This document shows, in pieces, positions 18,857 through 29,666 of a stretch of DNA of 64,000 bases. A program made the position numbers and the translations under genes. The stretch comes from Trueperaceae bacterium (GTDB lineage: Bacteria; Deinococcota; Deinococci; Deinococcales; Trueperaceae). The notes beneath the pieces are model-generated. The model saw only the letters and a list, made by a program, of their open reading frames with translations, was not told the DNA's origin and ran no database searches. The DNA is taken from assembly GCA_965213705.1 (NCBI GenBank), contig OZ243913.1:480001-544000 (forward strand), written 5' to 3'. Within the stretch, counting starts at the first letter, position 1, and every line of letters begins with the position of its first letter.

Positions 18857-20350
18857 TCAGAACTGCCGACTCCACTCCTTCGGCCACCGCTCGACCACGA
18901 TTTTGGTCTGCGTGTAAAACTCGACCCCGTGCCGCCCCTGCGCGTGCAAATCGCCGAAGAACGAGTCGTTCCAGCCCGAGAACGGGAAAAACGCCATCGG
19001 CGCGGCCACGCCCAAGTTGATGCCGACGTTGCCCGCATCCACCTTGTGGCGGAACTCCCTCGCCGCCGCCCCGGACGAGGTGAACAGGCACGCCTGGTTG
19101 CCGTAAGGCCGGTTGTTGACAAGCTCAATCGCGTCCTCGACCGTTTCGACGTGCATCATGCTCAAAACGGGGCCGAAAATCTCGGTTTTGGCGGTGTTCC
19201 CGTTCGGGTTCACGTCACCCAAAACGGTGGGGTGGACGAAGTAACCGTTGGCGAACTCGTCGCCGGCGACTCGTTTGCCGCGCCCGTCGACCAGCAGCTT
19301 CGCGCCTTCTTGCTCGCCCTTGCCGATGAGACCTTCGATGCGCTCCTTGCTTTCACTGCTGATGACCGGCCCCATCTGCACGCCGTCACCCAAGCCGTAA
19401 CCCGTCTTGCGGGTTTCAGCGTCTTCGACGATGCGCTTGACGAACTCGTCTTTGGCCGCGCCTACCGTCACCGCGACGGAGGTAGCCAAGCAGCGCTGGC
19501 CCGCGCAGCCGAAGGCGCTGTCGGCCAGGATGCGCGTCGCCATGTCCATGTCGGCGTCGGGCAGCACGACGGCAGGGTTTTTCGCGCCGCCCTGGCACTG
19601 GGCGCGCTTGCCGCTCGCTGTGGCGCGGCTGTAGATGTACTTGGCAACCGGCGTCGAGCCGACGAACGAGACCGCCCGCACTAAGCTGTGGTCCAAAATC
19701 GCGTCCACCGTATCCTTGCCGCCGTTGACGAGCGAAATCACACCTTTGGGAAAACCCGCCTCTTCCAACAGTCGGAACAGGTACTGCGTCGTCAGCGGCA
19801 CTTTTTCCGAAGGCTTGAGCAAAAACGTGTTCCCCGTCGCCACCGCGTAGGGCAAAAACCACAGCGGAATCATACCGGGGAAGTTGAAGGGCGTAATCGC
19901 CGCGACCACGCCCAGGGGTTGACGAAACATGTGCTCGTCGATGCCCCTCGCGATGTCCTCGTTGTTGTAGCCCTGCATCAAAATCGGCATTCCGCAGGCG
20001 ACCTCGACGTTTTCCAAGCCGCGCTGCCACTCGCCTTTGGACTCGGCGAAGGTCTTGCCGCACTCGTTCGTAATCGTTTTGGCGAGGTCGTCCAAGTGCT
20101 CCTCTAAAAGCGTCCTCAGCTTGAACAGTGGTTTGATGCGGTCTACGACGGGAACCTGCCGCCACTCGAGAAACGCCTCATGCGCCTTTTTGACCGCCGT
20201 GTCCACCTCGTCTTTCGCCGACATGGGAACCGACGCGATAATTTCCGCCGTGGCGGGGTTGTGAACCTCTAGGTAATCGCCCGCGTCGGAGCGCTGCCAC
20301 TCGCCGCCGACGAAGTTCAAAAGTTGTTCTGTGCCGCTCGCTACTGCCAT
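18857..20350 (-). CDS. iolA: CoA-acylating (methyl)malonate-semialdehyde dehydrogenase
   Basis: ITPFNFP, KPSE, FVGST, GAKN, AGQRCLA, EIFGP; GGAGG RBS before ATG 20350. Confidence 0.93.
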   Translation of the reverse strand: MAVASGTEQLLNFVGGEWQRSDAGDYLEVHNPATAEIIASVPMSAKDEVDTAVKKAHEAFLEWRQVPVVDRIKPLFKLRTLLEEHLDDLAKTITNECGKTFAESKGEWQRGLENVEVACGMPILMQGYNNEDIARGIDEHMFRQPLGVVAAITPFNFPGMIPLWFLPYAVATGNTFLLKPSEKVPLTTQYLFRLLEEAGFPKGVISLVNGGKDTVDAILDHSLVRAVSFVGSTPVAKYIYSRATASGKRAQCQGGAKNPAVVLPDADMDMATRILADSAFGCAGQRCLATSVAVTVGAAKDEFVKRIVEDAETRKTGYGLGDGVQMGPVISSESKERIEGLIGKGEQEGAKLLVDGRGKRVAGDEFANGYFVHPTVLGDVNPNGNTAKTEIFGPVLSMMHVETVEDAIELVNNRPYGNQACLFTSSGAAAREFRHKVDAGNVGINLGVAAPMAFFPFSGWNDSFFGDLHAQGRHGVEFYTQTKIVVERWPKEWSRQF

Positions 20351-20381
20351 GTCATCCTCCTGAATGTTACCTGACTGATAC

Positions 20382-21608
20382 CTAATTGAACCAGACGGCG
20401 AAGCCGATAAACTGACCGCCGAACACGTCCCAGATGCGCTGGAGGGTTTCGGCAGAGACGACCTCGCCCGTTTCGACGTAGGGCGCGGCGGCACCGCCTT
20501 GAAGCCAGAGTACCAGGTCGAAGTCTCGTGGCTCTAAAAAGGCACGCGGCAAGTCGATACCCTGTCCTTCCGGCAAACGCCAGTGCGGGACGAGCTTTTC
20601 GCCGCGCCACAGGGCGCGCGTCTCTTCGACGAAGAGCAGCCAGGCATCGACGATGTCTTGCGTCACCTGAACGGGCAGGACGGAGTCTTGAGAAGGATTC
20701 GGAATCCACTCGCGGTCGTTGTCGGTTTCCGCCAGGATAAAGTCCCACATCAGTCCGGCTTGCTCGGTCACGGCTTGAGCGTGTTCTAAAGCTTTTTCCA
20801 GGCGTTCGGGCTCGAGCAGCGGCACGCGCAAAGCCAGGTGGACGAGGGCGATTTGGTCGACCAGTTGGCCGTCGTCCATGTCGAGTAAGTTGCCCTGCTG
20901 GTACAATAGGTCGGTGGCAACCTCGGCCCGCGGGAAAAACAGTTGCGCCGTGTAAGAAAAAAGCGTCTGGCTGTCGTGCGCCAAAATAATTTCGACGAGG
21001 GCCATGAGCAGGTGGCTGTAACCGCGCATCCAGTGGGCGTCGCCGTGGTCGAGCCGCAGTTCCAGGGGCGCGGCGTCCTCGACGAAACGCTGGTTCAACA
21101 CGGCCAGCAGCGTCGTCAGCGACTCGCCCGCGTCGCGTGTCAGGTTGCCGTCGTAGTCGAGATAGGCTTCGCCCAAATCGAGGATGACTGCAGGGTCGCT
21201 CGTGGAATTACCGTCACCAAGACCTGCCAGCGTGTTTTCAGCCCGCCCGAGCTGACCGTTCACCGTCTCGAGTTCAGCGCGGAAGTCTGCATAGGAAATA
21301 CTCTCGGGTTGCGGGTTCGTAGGCACGGGCAAGCGCAAAAAGGGGATGCCCATCTCTTGGCCCACGTCGGACTCGAGCCCGTAGCGGTACCAGGCCTGCC
21401 CGAGCATTTCCGCCGCGCGCAGAAACTGGGTCGTACCCAGCGCAAAACGCAGGTCGGCGTTATCGGGGTCGGTGTCCAGGCGCTCGAGGAAGGTTCGCTC
21501 TTGCTCGAGTAGCGGCGTCTCGAAGTTGAGGGTCTGCTCCTGCGCCCATCCCAACCCGCTGAGCAAACAAAAAAGGCAAATCCAGAGGCGATGCTGTCTC
21601 AAATTCAT
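20382..21608 (-). CDS. secreted hypothetical protein
   Basis: signal peptide ending GWA-Q; acidic, helical; ATGA overlap with iolE stop. Confidence 0.75.
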   Translation of the reverse strand: MNLRQHRLWICLFCLLSGLGWAQEQTLNFETPLLEQERTFLERLDTDPDNADLRFALGTTQFLRAAEMLGQAWYRYGLESDVGQEMGIPFLRLPVPTNPQPESISYADFRAELETVNGQLGRAENTLAGLGDGNSTSDPAVILDLGEAYLDYDGNLTRDAGESLTTLLAVLNQRFVEDAAPLELRLDHGDAHWMRGYSHLLMALVEIILAHDSQTLFSYTAQLFFPRAEVATDLLYQQGNLLDMDDGQLVDQIALVHLALRVPLLEPERLEKALEHAQAVTEQAGLMWDFILAETDNDREWIPNPSQDSVLPVQVTQDIVDAWLLFVEETRALWRGEKLVPHWRLPEGQGIDLPRAFLEPRDFDLVLWLQGGAAAPYVETGEVVSAETLQRIWDVFGGQFIGFAVWFN

Positions 21609-22522
21609 AGTCCGATACGTCCTAAATAGGCCCGGTTGCGCTCGGCGTTCTCCGCGGGCGAGCCCATGCCGGGGAGAACGTCTTGTTCGACGACTATCCA
21701 GCCATCATACCCGACCTCGTGCAGGGTTTCTAAAACCTTGGGAAAGTCCACCGCGCCCGTGCCGAGTTCGCAGAACACGCCCGCGCCTATCATCTCCTTG
21801 TAGTTCCAGCCGTTCTCTTTCGCCTGCTCTACGACTGCCGGATTGAAGTCTTTGAAGTGCATCAGTTGGATGCGTTCGCCGTACTTCTTGACGCCTTCAA
21901 CCGGGTCGCCGCCGCCCAGCATGTAGTGCCCGGTATCGAAGACGATGCCCACTTTTTCGGGGTCGGTGCGGCGCAAAAACTCGTCGATTTCGGCGGGCGT
22001 TTCGACAAAGGTCGAGCCGTGTGGGTGTAGGGCGGTACGCAGGCCGGTCTCAGCTCTGACAGCGTTCGCCACACGGTGGATGCCTTTGACGTATGTTTGC
22101 CAGCCCGCCTCGTCTAAACCGTGCTCCACTTGGATGCGCCCAGTGTTGTAAAAGCGCGCCTGCACCGTCGAATGGTCGTCACCGATGTTGACGGTGCAGT
22201 GCGAACCGCCGACCTCGGCTAGAAGTTTTGCGACCCTCACGGCGCGCTCCACGCCCTCTTCGTGATACGCCTCGTCGTACAGCCGCACCGTCACCCACGA
22301 GCCGACGGGCTCGAGCCCCCGCTTATGAAGTTCCTCACGCAGTTTGTCGGGGTCGCTCGGCATGTAGCCCAAGTCGCCGAGTTCGGTGCCGACGAAACCC
22401 GCCGCAGCGAGTTCGTCCAGCATCTGCGCGTAAGGGACGCGCCCGCCCGCCGTGTTCTCGATGGTTCCCCAGGAGCAGGGGGCGTTGGCGAGTTTGTAGT
22501 TGGTCAAAGCGGCTGGCTCCAA
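21605..22522 (-). CDS. iolE: myo-inosose-2 dehydratase-like TIM barrel (start may be TTG 22507)
   Basis: ANAPCSWG, GTELG, HPH, DTGH, HFKD, FCELGTG, VVEQD. Confidence 0.8.
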   Translation of the reverse strand: MEPAALTNYKLANAPCSWGTIENTAGGRVPYAQMLDELAAAGFVGTELGDLGYMPSDPDKLREELHKRGLEPVGSWVTVRLYDEAYHEEGVERAVRVAKLLAEVGGSHCTVNIGDDHSTVQARFYNTGRIQVEHGLDEAGWQTYVKGIHRVANAVRAETGLRTALHPHGSTFVETPAEIDEFLRRTDPEKVGIVFDTGHYMLGGGDPVEGVKKYGERIQLMHFKDFNPAVVEQAKENGWNYKEMIGAGVFCELGTGAVDFPKVLETLHEVGYDGWIVVEQDVLPGMGSPAENAERNRAYLGRIGL

Positions 22523-22914
22523 TCTTGAAGCGCTAATTCTTCGATACGCCCGAAATGTTTTAGGTTGCGCGTCGCCAGTTGCAGGCTGTTGGCGATAGCC
22601 GTTCCAGCAATGAGGAGGTCGATATCGTCCAGGGGCTTTCCCTGTCCGCGGAGTTGTGCGTAAAGTCTAGCTGAGATTGTCGCACTCGTTTTTGTAACAG
22701 GTAAAATAGTGCTACCTCCGGCCAGTGCTTCGAACGTACCTAACCGCTTTTTGGCGTCTCGGTGCCTAAGCCCGCTTAGAATCTCGTAGTAAGTGATAAG
22801 GCTGAAACTCAGCGTCCGGTGGGTTGCTAAGTAAGATTCGGTATTAGCAACGACGGTCGGTTCGCCTTTCATGAAAAGTGAGAGGATATCGGTATCAAGC
22901 AGTGTCGGCAGCAT
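22504..22914 (-). CDS. vapC: VapC PIN toxin
   Basis: LLDTDILS, YYEI, DDIDLLIAGTA, LATRNLKHF. Confidence 0.9.
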   Translation of the reverse strand: MLPTLLDTDILSLFMKGEPTVVANTESYLATHRTLSFSLITYYEILSGLRHRDAKKRLGTFEALAGGSTILPVTKTSATISARLYAQLRGQGKPLDDIDLLIAGTAIANSLQLATRNLKHFGRIEELALQDWSQPL

Positions 22915-23143
22915 GACGTTTACGTCTCGAGGTATCCCGCCGCCGCGTTTGCATCTCGTTGAGAAAGTCCTCGAACTCAGCTTCCGGCATGTCTTTCCAG
23001 CACCCGGCGAAGCTCATGATGTCGGGTTTCGAACGGTTTGCCTCGAGGCCGAGCCGAAAATGGTGAATGAGGTTGAAAATATCTTCCAACTGCTCGTCCG
23101 GTAAACGGTTGACTTCCTCTACAACCTTTTCGCGTATCGTCAT
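22895..23143 (-). CDS. antitoxin
   Basis: 82 aa overlapping vapC start; FAGCWKDM motif; GGAAGG RBS. Confidence 0.8.
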   Translation of the reverse strand: MTIREKVVEEVNRLPDEQLEDIFNLIHHFRLGLEANRSKPDIMSFAGCWKDMPEAEFEDFLNEMQTRRRDTSRRKRHAADTA

Positions 23144-23161
23144 GTTGCACCTTCCTGATAA

Positions 23162-23219
23162 AAGTTGTTAGTTTCTGGTTTTCAGTTGAAACTAACAACT
23201 AAAAACTAAGAACCAACTA
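23162..23219. repeat. AT-rich heptamer repeats forming an imperfect hairpin after iolD
   Basis: AACTAAC AACTAAA AACTAAG AACCAAC preceded by complementary AGTTGTTAGTTTC. Confidence 0.6.
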
Positions 23220-25097
23220 CTCGAAAATCACCTGCTTCTTCTTGGCCTCATCGTACTGCTTCCGCGCCTCCCGCACGCTTTGCTGCCCACTCACCTCCGC
23301 CGGGGGACAGTCCCACCAACCGCCAAAATCGTAACTACCGACACGCTTTTCGGGGTCTACTTCGACCACGACGACGTTCACGCCTTTTCGAGAGCGCGCG
23401 GCCTCGAGCGCCTTTTTATAACTATCCTCCGTATTCGTATAAACCGCGTGCGCGCCCATTGCCTCAGCGTGCTTGGCGTAGTCCACGCGGACGATGTCGC
23501 CGTCGAGCAAACCCTCGTCGTTGCGGTGGCGCAGCTCGAGGCCGAAGTGCGGCGTCCCCGTGCTCCGCTGCAAGCCGTGAATGCTCTGGTAGCCGTGGTT
23601 GTCCACCACGATAATCGTGAGGTCCAAACCTTCAGCGACCGCCGTGACAATTTCCGAATTCATCATGAGGTACGAGCCGTCGCCGATAAAAACGACCACC
23701 TCACGCTCGGGCTCAGCGAGCTTGACGCCTATGCCTGCCGGGATTTCGTAGCCCATGCAGGAGTAGCCGTACTCCAAGTGATAACTGTCCGGCTTCGTGG
23801 GCCGCCAGATTTTGGGGATGTCTCCGGGGATGCTCCCGGCGGCGTTAATGACCACCGCGTCGCCGCCGACGATGTCGTTGGTCATGCCTAGCACCTCACT
23901 CTGGCCCAAGTTGTCCGGTTCTTCGATTTTTTTGATGTCGTCAACCAAAGCATCCCACTCGGCTTTCCAACCCGAGGCCCGTTCGCGGTAGGCAGGACGA
24001 GTCCCCTCGTAACCGGCTTGCGAAAGAGCCTCTTGAAGTGCCGTCAAGCCCCGCCGCGCGTCCGCTACCAGCGGCAGGGCGAACAGCTTGTAGGCGTCCA
24101 GCGGCGTGACGTTGAGGCCGATGAATTTTGCTTGGCCCGAAAAGGCTGTTCTCGAGGCCGTCGTAAAGTCGGCCAGCCGCGTGCCGACGGCGAGAATCAC
24201 GTCGGCCTCGCTCGCTACCCGGCTCGCTGCCGAGCCCGCGAGCGAGCCCACGTTGCCCATGCTCATCGCGTGGTCCCAGCGCAGCGCGCCCTTGCCCGCT
24301 TGCGTCTCGGTCACAGGAATGCCGAAACGCTCGGCGAAAACGGCCAGTTCGTCCGTCGCCAGGCTGTACTTCACGCCGCCGCCTGCGATAATCATGGGTC
24401 GTTCGGCGTTTCTAATCAGCTCGACCGCGTCCGCGATGATTTCGGGCTCAGGGACGGGGCGGCGGATGCGCCAGACGCGCTTTTCGAACATGCCTACCGA
24501 CCACTCGAAAGCCTCGGTCTGCACGTCCTCCGGCAGCGAAATCGTCACCGCGCCCGTCTCAGCCGGGTCGGTGAGGACGCGCATCGCTTCGGGCAGCGCG
24601 TGTAGGAGTTGTTCGGGTCGTGAGATGCGCGTAAAAAAGCGGCTGACCGGCCGGAAAATGTCGTTGATGGACACGTCGTGCTCAGTCGGGTGCTCGAGCT
24701 GTTGCAGCACCGGGTCGGGAATGCGGTTGGCGAAATAGTCCGAGGGGAGCAGCAATACCGGAATCCGGTTGACCGTCGCCAGCGCCGCGCCTGTGACCAT
24801 GTTGCTGCTGCCCGGCCCGACCGAGGCGGTGCAGGCAAACGTCGATAAACGGTTCAGGTGCCGCGCGTAGGCGACCGCCGTGTGAACCTGCGCCTGTTCG
24901 TTTTGCGGACGGTAAAAAGGCAGGCCGCAGTCCAGGCCGTATTCCTGCATTGCTTGCCCCACGCCGGGGACGTTGCCGTGGCCTTGGATGCCCCACATCC
25001 CGGCGATAAGTCGGTGTTCGGTGCCGTCGAGTTCGCTGTACTGCTGTGACAGGAATTTGACGAGGGCTTGGGCGACGGTTAGGCGTTGGGTTTTCAA
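23217..25097 (-). CDS. iolD: 3D-(3,5/4)-trihydroxycyclohexane-1,2-dione acylhydrolase (ThDP enzyme)
   Basis: RLTVAQAL, GHGNV, NEQ, DPVLQQLE, EYGYSCMGYEI, GDGSYLMM; GGAGG RBS before TTG. Confidence 0.95.
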   Translation of the reverse strand: MKTQRLTVAQALVKFLSQQYSELDGTEHRLIAGMWGIQGHGNVPGVGQAMQEYGLDCGLPFYRPQNEQAQVHTAVAYARHLNRLSTFACTASVGPGSSNMVTGAALATVNRIPVLLLPSDYFANRIPDPVLQQLEHPTEHDVSINDIFRPVSRFFTRISRPEQLLHALPEAMRVLTDPAETGAVTISLPEDVQTEAFEWSVGMFEKRVWRIRRPVPEPEIIADAVELIRNAERPMIIAGGGVKYSLATDELAVFAERFGIPVTETQAGKGALRWDHAMSMGNVGSLAGSAASRVASEADVILAVGTRLADFTTASRTAFSGQAKFIGLNVTPLDAYKLFALPLVADARRGLTALQEALSQAGYEGTRPAYRERASGWKAEWDALVDDIKKIEEPDNLGQSEVLGMTNDIVGGDAVVINAAGSIPGDIPKIWRPTKPDSYHLEYGYSCMGYEIPAGIGVKLAEPEREVVVFIGDGSYLMMNSEIVTAVAEGLDLTIIVVDNHGYQSIHGLQRSTGTPHFGLELRHRNDEGLLDGDIVRVDYAKHAEAMGAHAVYTNTEDSYKKALEAARSRKGVNVVVVEVDPEKRVGSYDFGGWWDCPPAEVSGQQSVREARKQYDEAKKKQVIFE

Positions 25098-25165
25098 AAT
25101 TACCTCCTCTAAAGGGACCTAGCTTATCGCTGACTTGATGTCATGAGGTGGAATTCCTGTCCCAT

Positions 25166-25579
25166 CTATACAAGATTCGGATAAGGATTTGTGACACTCG
25201 ATTGATGCCAAACGGACTTCTCTGCTCGCGACAATTCTCTATAATACTTCCTACTAAGGCGGTCAATCGCTTCCTCCGTCAAAACTTCATCCCCAGAGTA
25301 AATCCTCAGACCGCAATACAGAAAAAGATATAAGGCAGCTAGCTCTTCAAGATACGCGAATTCTGACTTAACTTCGAAGACACTTCCTGAGTCGCTGAGC
25401 AAAGTAATAGTGACTGGCTGATTCTCACTTTCACGGACATGAAGTTCAGTCCAAGAACGACTGTATACTGGATTAGAGTCACCATCGGTGTCTATGTTCG
25501 CATCAATCCCATACAACAAATCCACAAACACTCTGAAATCGGGACGTTCTTTATTTACGAGAACTCTGTGCATCAGCAT
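25166..25579 (-). CDS. hypothetical protein (AT-rich insert)
   Basis: 137-aa ORF filling the iolG-iolD gap; base composition differs from neighbours. Confidence 0.65.
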   Translation of the reverse strand: MLMHRVLVNKERPDFRVFVDLLYGIDANIDTDGDSNPVYSRSWTELHVRESENQPVTITLLSDSGSVFEVKSEFAYLEELAALYLFLYCGLRIYSGDEVLTEEAIDRLSRKYYRELSRAEKSVWHQSSVTNPYPNLV

Positions 25580-25607
25580 TTTCCAACACGCAAAGGTTTT
25601 ACAGTTG

Positions 25608-26609
25608 TCATCTCCCGAACTCCTGTACTTTCACAATCTCTCCCGTCTCGAGCGACCGCTGCGCCGCCAACGCCAGGCGGGAACTTTTCAGCGCGTCCTC
25701 CACGTTCGGCGTGACCGGCTCGCCTGCATGAACGTTTTTGGCAAAGGCAACCACCTCGTTGGCGTAGGCTTCGAAAAAGCGCTCCTCGAAGTGCTGTGGG
25801 TAGTCGTGGCTGACGCCGTGCTCACTCCAGACCTCGAGGTTGAGTATTTGACGCTTTTCTAAGTGGTACTTGCCCTTCTCGCCCAAAATGTCGGTGGCGA
25901 TTTCGTAGCCGTAAGCGGTGTTGAGCGCGTTTTCGACGGTGCCGACCGCGCCGTTTTCAAATTTCAGAGTAGCGACGGCTAAGTTGAATAGGCCGAACTC
26001 TTTGAGGCGGTCGTCCCGTACCGCCGTGCCGACGGCGTAGACTTCTGCGACCTCACCGCAGAAGTAGCGCGCCGTGTCGAAGTCGTGGATGCCCATGTCC
26101 ACCAGGATACCGCCCGACGTTTTGAGAAACTCGACGCTCGTTTGAACCGGGTCACGGCTGACGGCGCGAAAGTTTTCGATGCGGCCCAAGTCGCCGTTGT
26201 CCAAGCGCCGTTTGACCTCCAGATAGGCCGGGTCGTAGCGGCGTTGAAAACCAACTTGGCAGGGAACGCCGGTTTTTTGGATGACTTGAACAACCTCGTG
26301 AGCCGCCCTGAGAGTATGTGCGAGCGGCTTCTCGACGAAAATAGCCTTGCCCGCCTCGGCTGCTCTACAAATAAGCTCGGCGTGCGTCGGTGTGGGCGTG
26401 GTGATGAACACGGCGTCTACGTTTTTGTTCTCGAGCACTTGGTCCAAGGCGCTCACCTTCGCCCCCAGCGTCTCGGCGACCTCGGCAGCACTCTCTGGAA
26501 CGAAGTCCACAACATCCGTAATTTGGACTTCGGTCAGAGTTCTCAGCACAGCGGCGTGTGTCCGCGCCATGCGTCCGGCACCGATGAGAGCGATGTAGAG
26601 AGGAGTCAT
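25608..26609 (-). CDS. iolG: inositol 2-dehydrogenase (Gfo/Idh/MocA)
   Basis: IGAGRMA, FVEKP, GFQRRYD, SRDP, DMGIHDFD; iol context. Confidence 0.85.
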   Translation of the reverse strand: MTPLYIALIGAGRMARTHAAVLRTLTEVQITDVVDFVPESAAEVAETLGAKVSALDQVLENKNVDAVFITTPTPTHAELICRAAEAGKAIFVEKPLAHTLRAAHEVVQVIQKTGVPCQVGFQRRYDPAYLEVKRRLDNGDLGRIENFRAVSRDPVQTSVEFLKTSGGILVDMGIHDFDTARYFCGEVAEVYAVGTAVRDDRLKEFGLFNLAVATLKFENGAVGTVENALNTAYGYEIATDILGEKGKYHLEKRQILNLEVWSEHGVSHDYPQHFEERFFEAYANEVVAFAKNVHAGEPVTPNVEDALKSSRLALAAQRSLETGEIVKVQEFGR

Positions 26610-26630
26610 GAGGAAAGCCTATCTTTTCTC

Positions 26631-27434
26631 TCAGAGCTTTTCTCTCTGGTCACTGTGGGCGAATTCGGCGAGTTCGGCCTCGAGCGCGTTAAGTTCGTCG
26701 GTGCCCGCCATCATGCCGAGCACGTCCTCACGGCTGACTTCTTCTTTGGCAAACGTCCCGTAGCTCTGCCCGCGCTTGAGAATCGTGAAGCGGTCGGCGA
26801 CCGGGTAGGCGTGGTGGACGTTGTGAGTGATGAAGATGACGCCCAAGCCCTTTGCTTTGGCCTGCGCGATGTATTTGAGGACCACCCCGGCCTGCTTGAC
26901 CCCGAGGGCGGCGGTGGGCTCGTCCAAGATAAGCACTTTCGCGCCGAAGTAGACGGCCCTCGAGATTGCCACACACTGCCGCTCGCCGCCCGACATCGTG
27001 CCGACCGCCTGGTTGGGGTCGCGGATGTCGATGCCCATGTTCGCCATCGCCGCGACGACGGTTTCGGCGGCGAACGTCTGGTCGAAGGTTTGGAACGGCC
27101 CCCAACCCTTCGTCGGCTCCCGGCCTAAAAAGAAGTTGCGCGTCACGCTCATCAGGGGTTGGACGGAGAGGTGCTGATGCACCGTGGCGATGCCGTGGTT
27201 TTGCGCGGCCCTGGGCGAGTCGAACACCACCGGCCGCCCCTGCATCAGAATTTGCCCCGAGGTGGGTTTGTGGACGCCCGAAATCGTCTTGATGAGGGTG
27301 GACTTGCCCGCGCCGTTGTCACCGAGGAGGCACATCACCTCGCCGGGTTGCACCGTCATCGACACACCGTTCAGCGCGATGACCGAGCCGAAGGTCTTGA
27401 CCAAGTCCTGCAGTTCGATGAGTGGGACGCTCAT
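26631..27434 (-). CDS. sugar (inositol) ABC transporter ATP-binding protein
   Basis: [23 protein letters not shown]. Confidence 0.93.
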   Translation of the reverse strand: MSVPLIELQDLVKTFGSVIALNGVSMTVQPGEVMCLLGDNGAGKSTLIKTISGVHKPTSGQILMQGRPVVFDSPRAAQNHGIATVHQHLSVQPLMSVTRNFFLGREPTKGWGPFQTFDQTFAAETVVAAMANMGIDIRDPNQAVGTMSGGERQCVAISRAVYFGAKVLILDEPTAALGVKQAGVVLKYIAQAKAKGLGVIFITHNVHHAYPVADRFTILKRGQSYGTFAKEEVSREDVLGMMAGTDELNALEAELAEFAHSDQREKL

Positions 27435-28462
27435 TTCGCCTCCGTCACGCGCTTGCGGATAAATTTGTTGAACACCACCGCGATGAGGAGCATCACGCCC
27501 AAAAACACCTTGAACCAGTCGGTGTTGACGCCGGTAAAGAAAATTCCCTGCTGCACCATCCCGAAAATCAGCGCGCCGAACACCGCGCCGACGACCGAGC
27601 CGTAACCGCCTGTGAGCAAACAGCCGCCGATGACCGCCGCGATTATCGCTTCAAATTCTTTGAGCAACCCGCGGTTCACGTCTGCCGAGCCTAAGTCCAC
27701 GACTTGCAGCGCGGCGAACAGCGTCGCCGTGACCGCCGTGCCCATAAACAGGATGATGCGCACCCGGTTCACCGGCACCCCGGTGTTGCGCGCCGCCTCC
27801 GCGTCGCCGCCGACGCCGAAAATCCAGTTCCCGAACCTCGTGCGTTGCAGCACCCAGGTCGCAAGTACAGCGAGGCCGAGCCACCAGAAAATAGACACCG
27901 GCAATCCAAACAAGTCACCACGAAAAATAGGGGCCAGCCAATCGTTTTCAGCAGCCTCTTTCAGCCCCGACACCTGCGTGCGCCCGGTGACGAGCCGGGT
28001 AAAGCCGATGGCCGCGCCACGCAGAATATATAAAAAAGCCAGCGTGACGATAAACGAGGGCAAGCGCGTGCGGTTGACGATAAAACCATTGATATACCCG
28101 ACGAGAAGCGCGAATGCAAAGGACGCCAAAATAGCAAGCCAAAAAGGCCAGCCGTAAACAGCCACCGGAATCGCCATGACCAGGCCCGCCGCCCCAATCA
28201 TCGAGCCGATGGACAGGTCGAACTCGCCGCCTATCATCAGCAACGCCGCGCCGATGGCGAGGATGCCGAGTTGGGCGGAGACTTCCAACCAGCTAGCAAT
28301 GCCGCGAAAACTCAGGAACCCCTTGTCGCCCGCGACGACGGCGAAGAAAATAAACACGAGCACCGCCCCCGACACCGCGCCGAGTTCGGGCCGCGCCAGC
28401 AAGCGACGCCACAGGCCCAGTTGGCGGACGCGCTCGTCGCCGCTACCTACCTGTGTCGCCAT
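27431..28462 (-). CDS. sugar (inositol) ABC transporter permease
   Basis: [31 protein letters not shown] RbsC-type motifs. Confidence 0.92.
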   Translation of the reverse strand: MATQVGSGDERVRQLGLWRRLLARPELGAVSGAVLVFIFFAVVAGDKGFLSFRGIASWLEVSAQLGILAIGAALLMIGGEFDLSIGSMIGAAGLVMAIPVAVYGWPFWLAILASFAFALLVGYINGFIVNRTRLPSFIVTLAFLYILRGAAIGFTRLVTGRTQVSGLKEAAENDWLAPIFRGDLFGLPVSIFWWLGLAVLATWVLQRTRFGNWIFGVGGDAEAARNTGVPVNRVRIILFMGTAVTATLFAALQVVDLGSADVNRGLLKEFEAIIAAVIGGCLLTGGYGSVVGAVFGALIFGMVQQGIFFTGVNTDWFKVFLGVMLLIAVVFNKFIRKRVTEAK

Positions 28463-28503
28463 GTCCGTCACCTCTCAAGCTCAGCTTATCCAACGCTCTC
28501 AGT

Positions 28504-28586
28504 GGGGGAGTTGGGGAGAGAGAGGGAGTAGGGGAGTCAAGTCAAAGGCTTTTACTCCCCTACTCCCTACCCCGATACTCCCCTAC
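28504..28586. repeat. G-rich/C-rich inverted repeat between SBP and permease genes
   Basis: perfect 15-bp stem AGGGAGTAGGGGAGT (28523-28537) / ACTCCCCTACTCCCT (28554-28568) with imperfect extension. Confidence 0.8.
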
Positions 28587-28595
28587 TTTATTTCG

Positions 28596-29540
28596 TTAGC
28601 GAATCCCCTTGCTGCTCAAGTCCACGACCTGCGCGGCGTTCTCCGGCGTGACGAAGCCGGGGCCGGTGAGGATGACGCTCGAGCCCGGCAACAGCCCGTT
28701 TTGAATATACTGCGTCATCAGCACGACGCCCAAATAGCCTTGCAGGTACTGCTGCTGGTCGATGGCGAATGCGGCATTGCCGTCGGCGAGGGTTTGCAGA
28801 ATCGTGGGTGAGAGGTCGAAAAAGCCGAGCTGGACTTGGCCCAAGCTGCCCATTTCCTCGAGTGCGGCGATGGTGGGCTCGCCCCCGACCGGGCCGACGG
28901 CCAGCACGCCCTGAACGTCCGCGTTGGCGCTGAAAGCGGCTGAGACGGCGTTGCGGATTTCGGTGGGGTCGGTCGATACGGCGAGTACGTCTACGTTCGC
29001 GCCCTCACCCAAGCCGTCCTGAAAGCCCTGGCAGCGCAAGTCGAGCGCCACGTTGCCGACCTCGTGGTTGACGCAAATCGCATTTTGGACGCCCTGCTCG
29101 GCCATGCGCTCGCCCGCGCCCAAGCCCGCTTCGTACTCGGTCTGGCCGATGTGGCGCAGGATGCCCAAGTCCTGAAACACGTCGCTGCCCGAGTTGATGG
29201 AAAAGACCGGGATGCCCGCGTCTGTCGCCGCGCGAATCGAGTCGCCGAGCGCGTCGGCGTCGGGTACCGAGACGACGAGGCCGTCGGGCTGCGAGGCGAC
29301 CGCCGCGTCGATGAGCTGCGCCATGCGCGGCATGTCGAAGGTGTCGGGCGCGCGGTACTCGACGTTCACGCCCATGTCCTGCGCGGCCTGGTCGACGCCG
29401 TTTTTGACGACCGACCAAAACGGGTCGGCGGCCCCCCCGTGGACGACCACGACGATGCGGATGTCGCCCCTGGCCGGCGCGTCCTGGCCCCAAACCGTGC
29501 CAAAGGCGAACAGGCTCAGCAGTAGCAAAAGCTTTTTCAT
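28596..29540 (-). CDS. sugar (inositol) ABC transporter substrate-binding protein
   Basis: signal peptide; [32 protein letters not shown]. Confidence 0.92.
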   Translation of the reverse strand: MKKLLLLLSLFAFGTVWGQDAPARGDIRIVVVVHGGAADPFWSVVKNGVDQAAQDMGVNVEYRAPDTFDMPRMAQLIDAAVASQPDGLVVSVPDADALGDSIRAATDAGIPVFSINSGSDVFQDLGILRHIGQTEYEAGLGAGERMAEQGVQNAICVNHEVGNVALDLRCQGFQDGLGEGANVDVLAVSTDPTEIRNAVSAAFSANADVQGVLAVGPVGGEPTIAALEEMGSLGQVQLGFFDLSPTILQTLADGNAAFAIDQQQYLQGYLGVVLMTQYIQNGLLPGSSVILTGPGFVTPENAAQVVDLSSKGIR

Positions 29541-29666
29541 GTGTTCCTCCCTAAAACTCTCTGCCGCCACAGCGAACCTAAAGCCTTACTGAACCCCCGA
29601 GGTGTTTCTATTCCGAAGGTGCGTCTATTCAAGGCCAACCGGCCCGGCCACAGATTGAGTGTCTTG

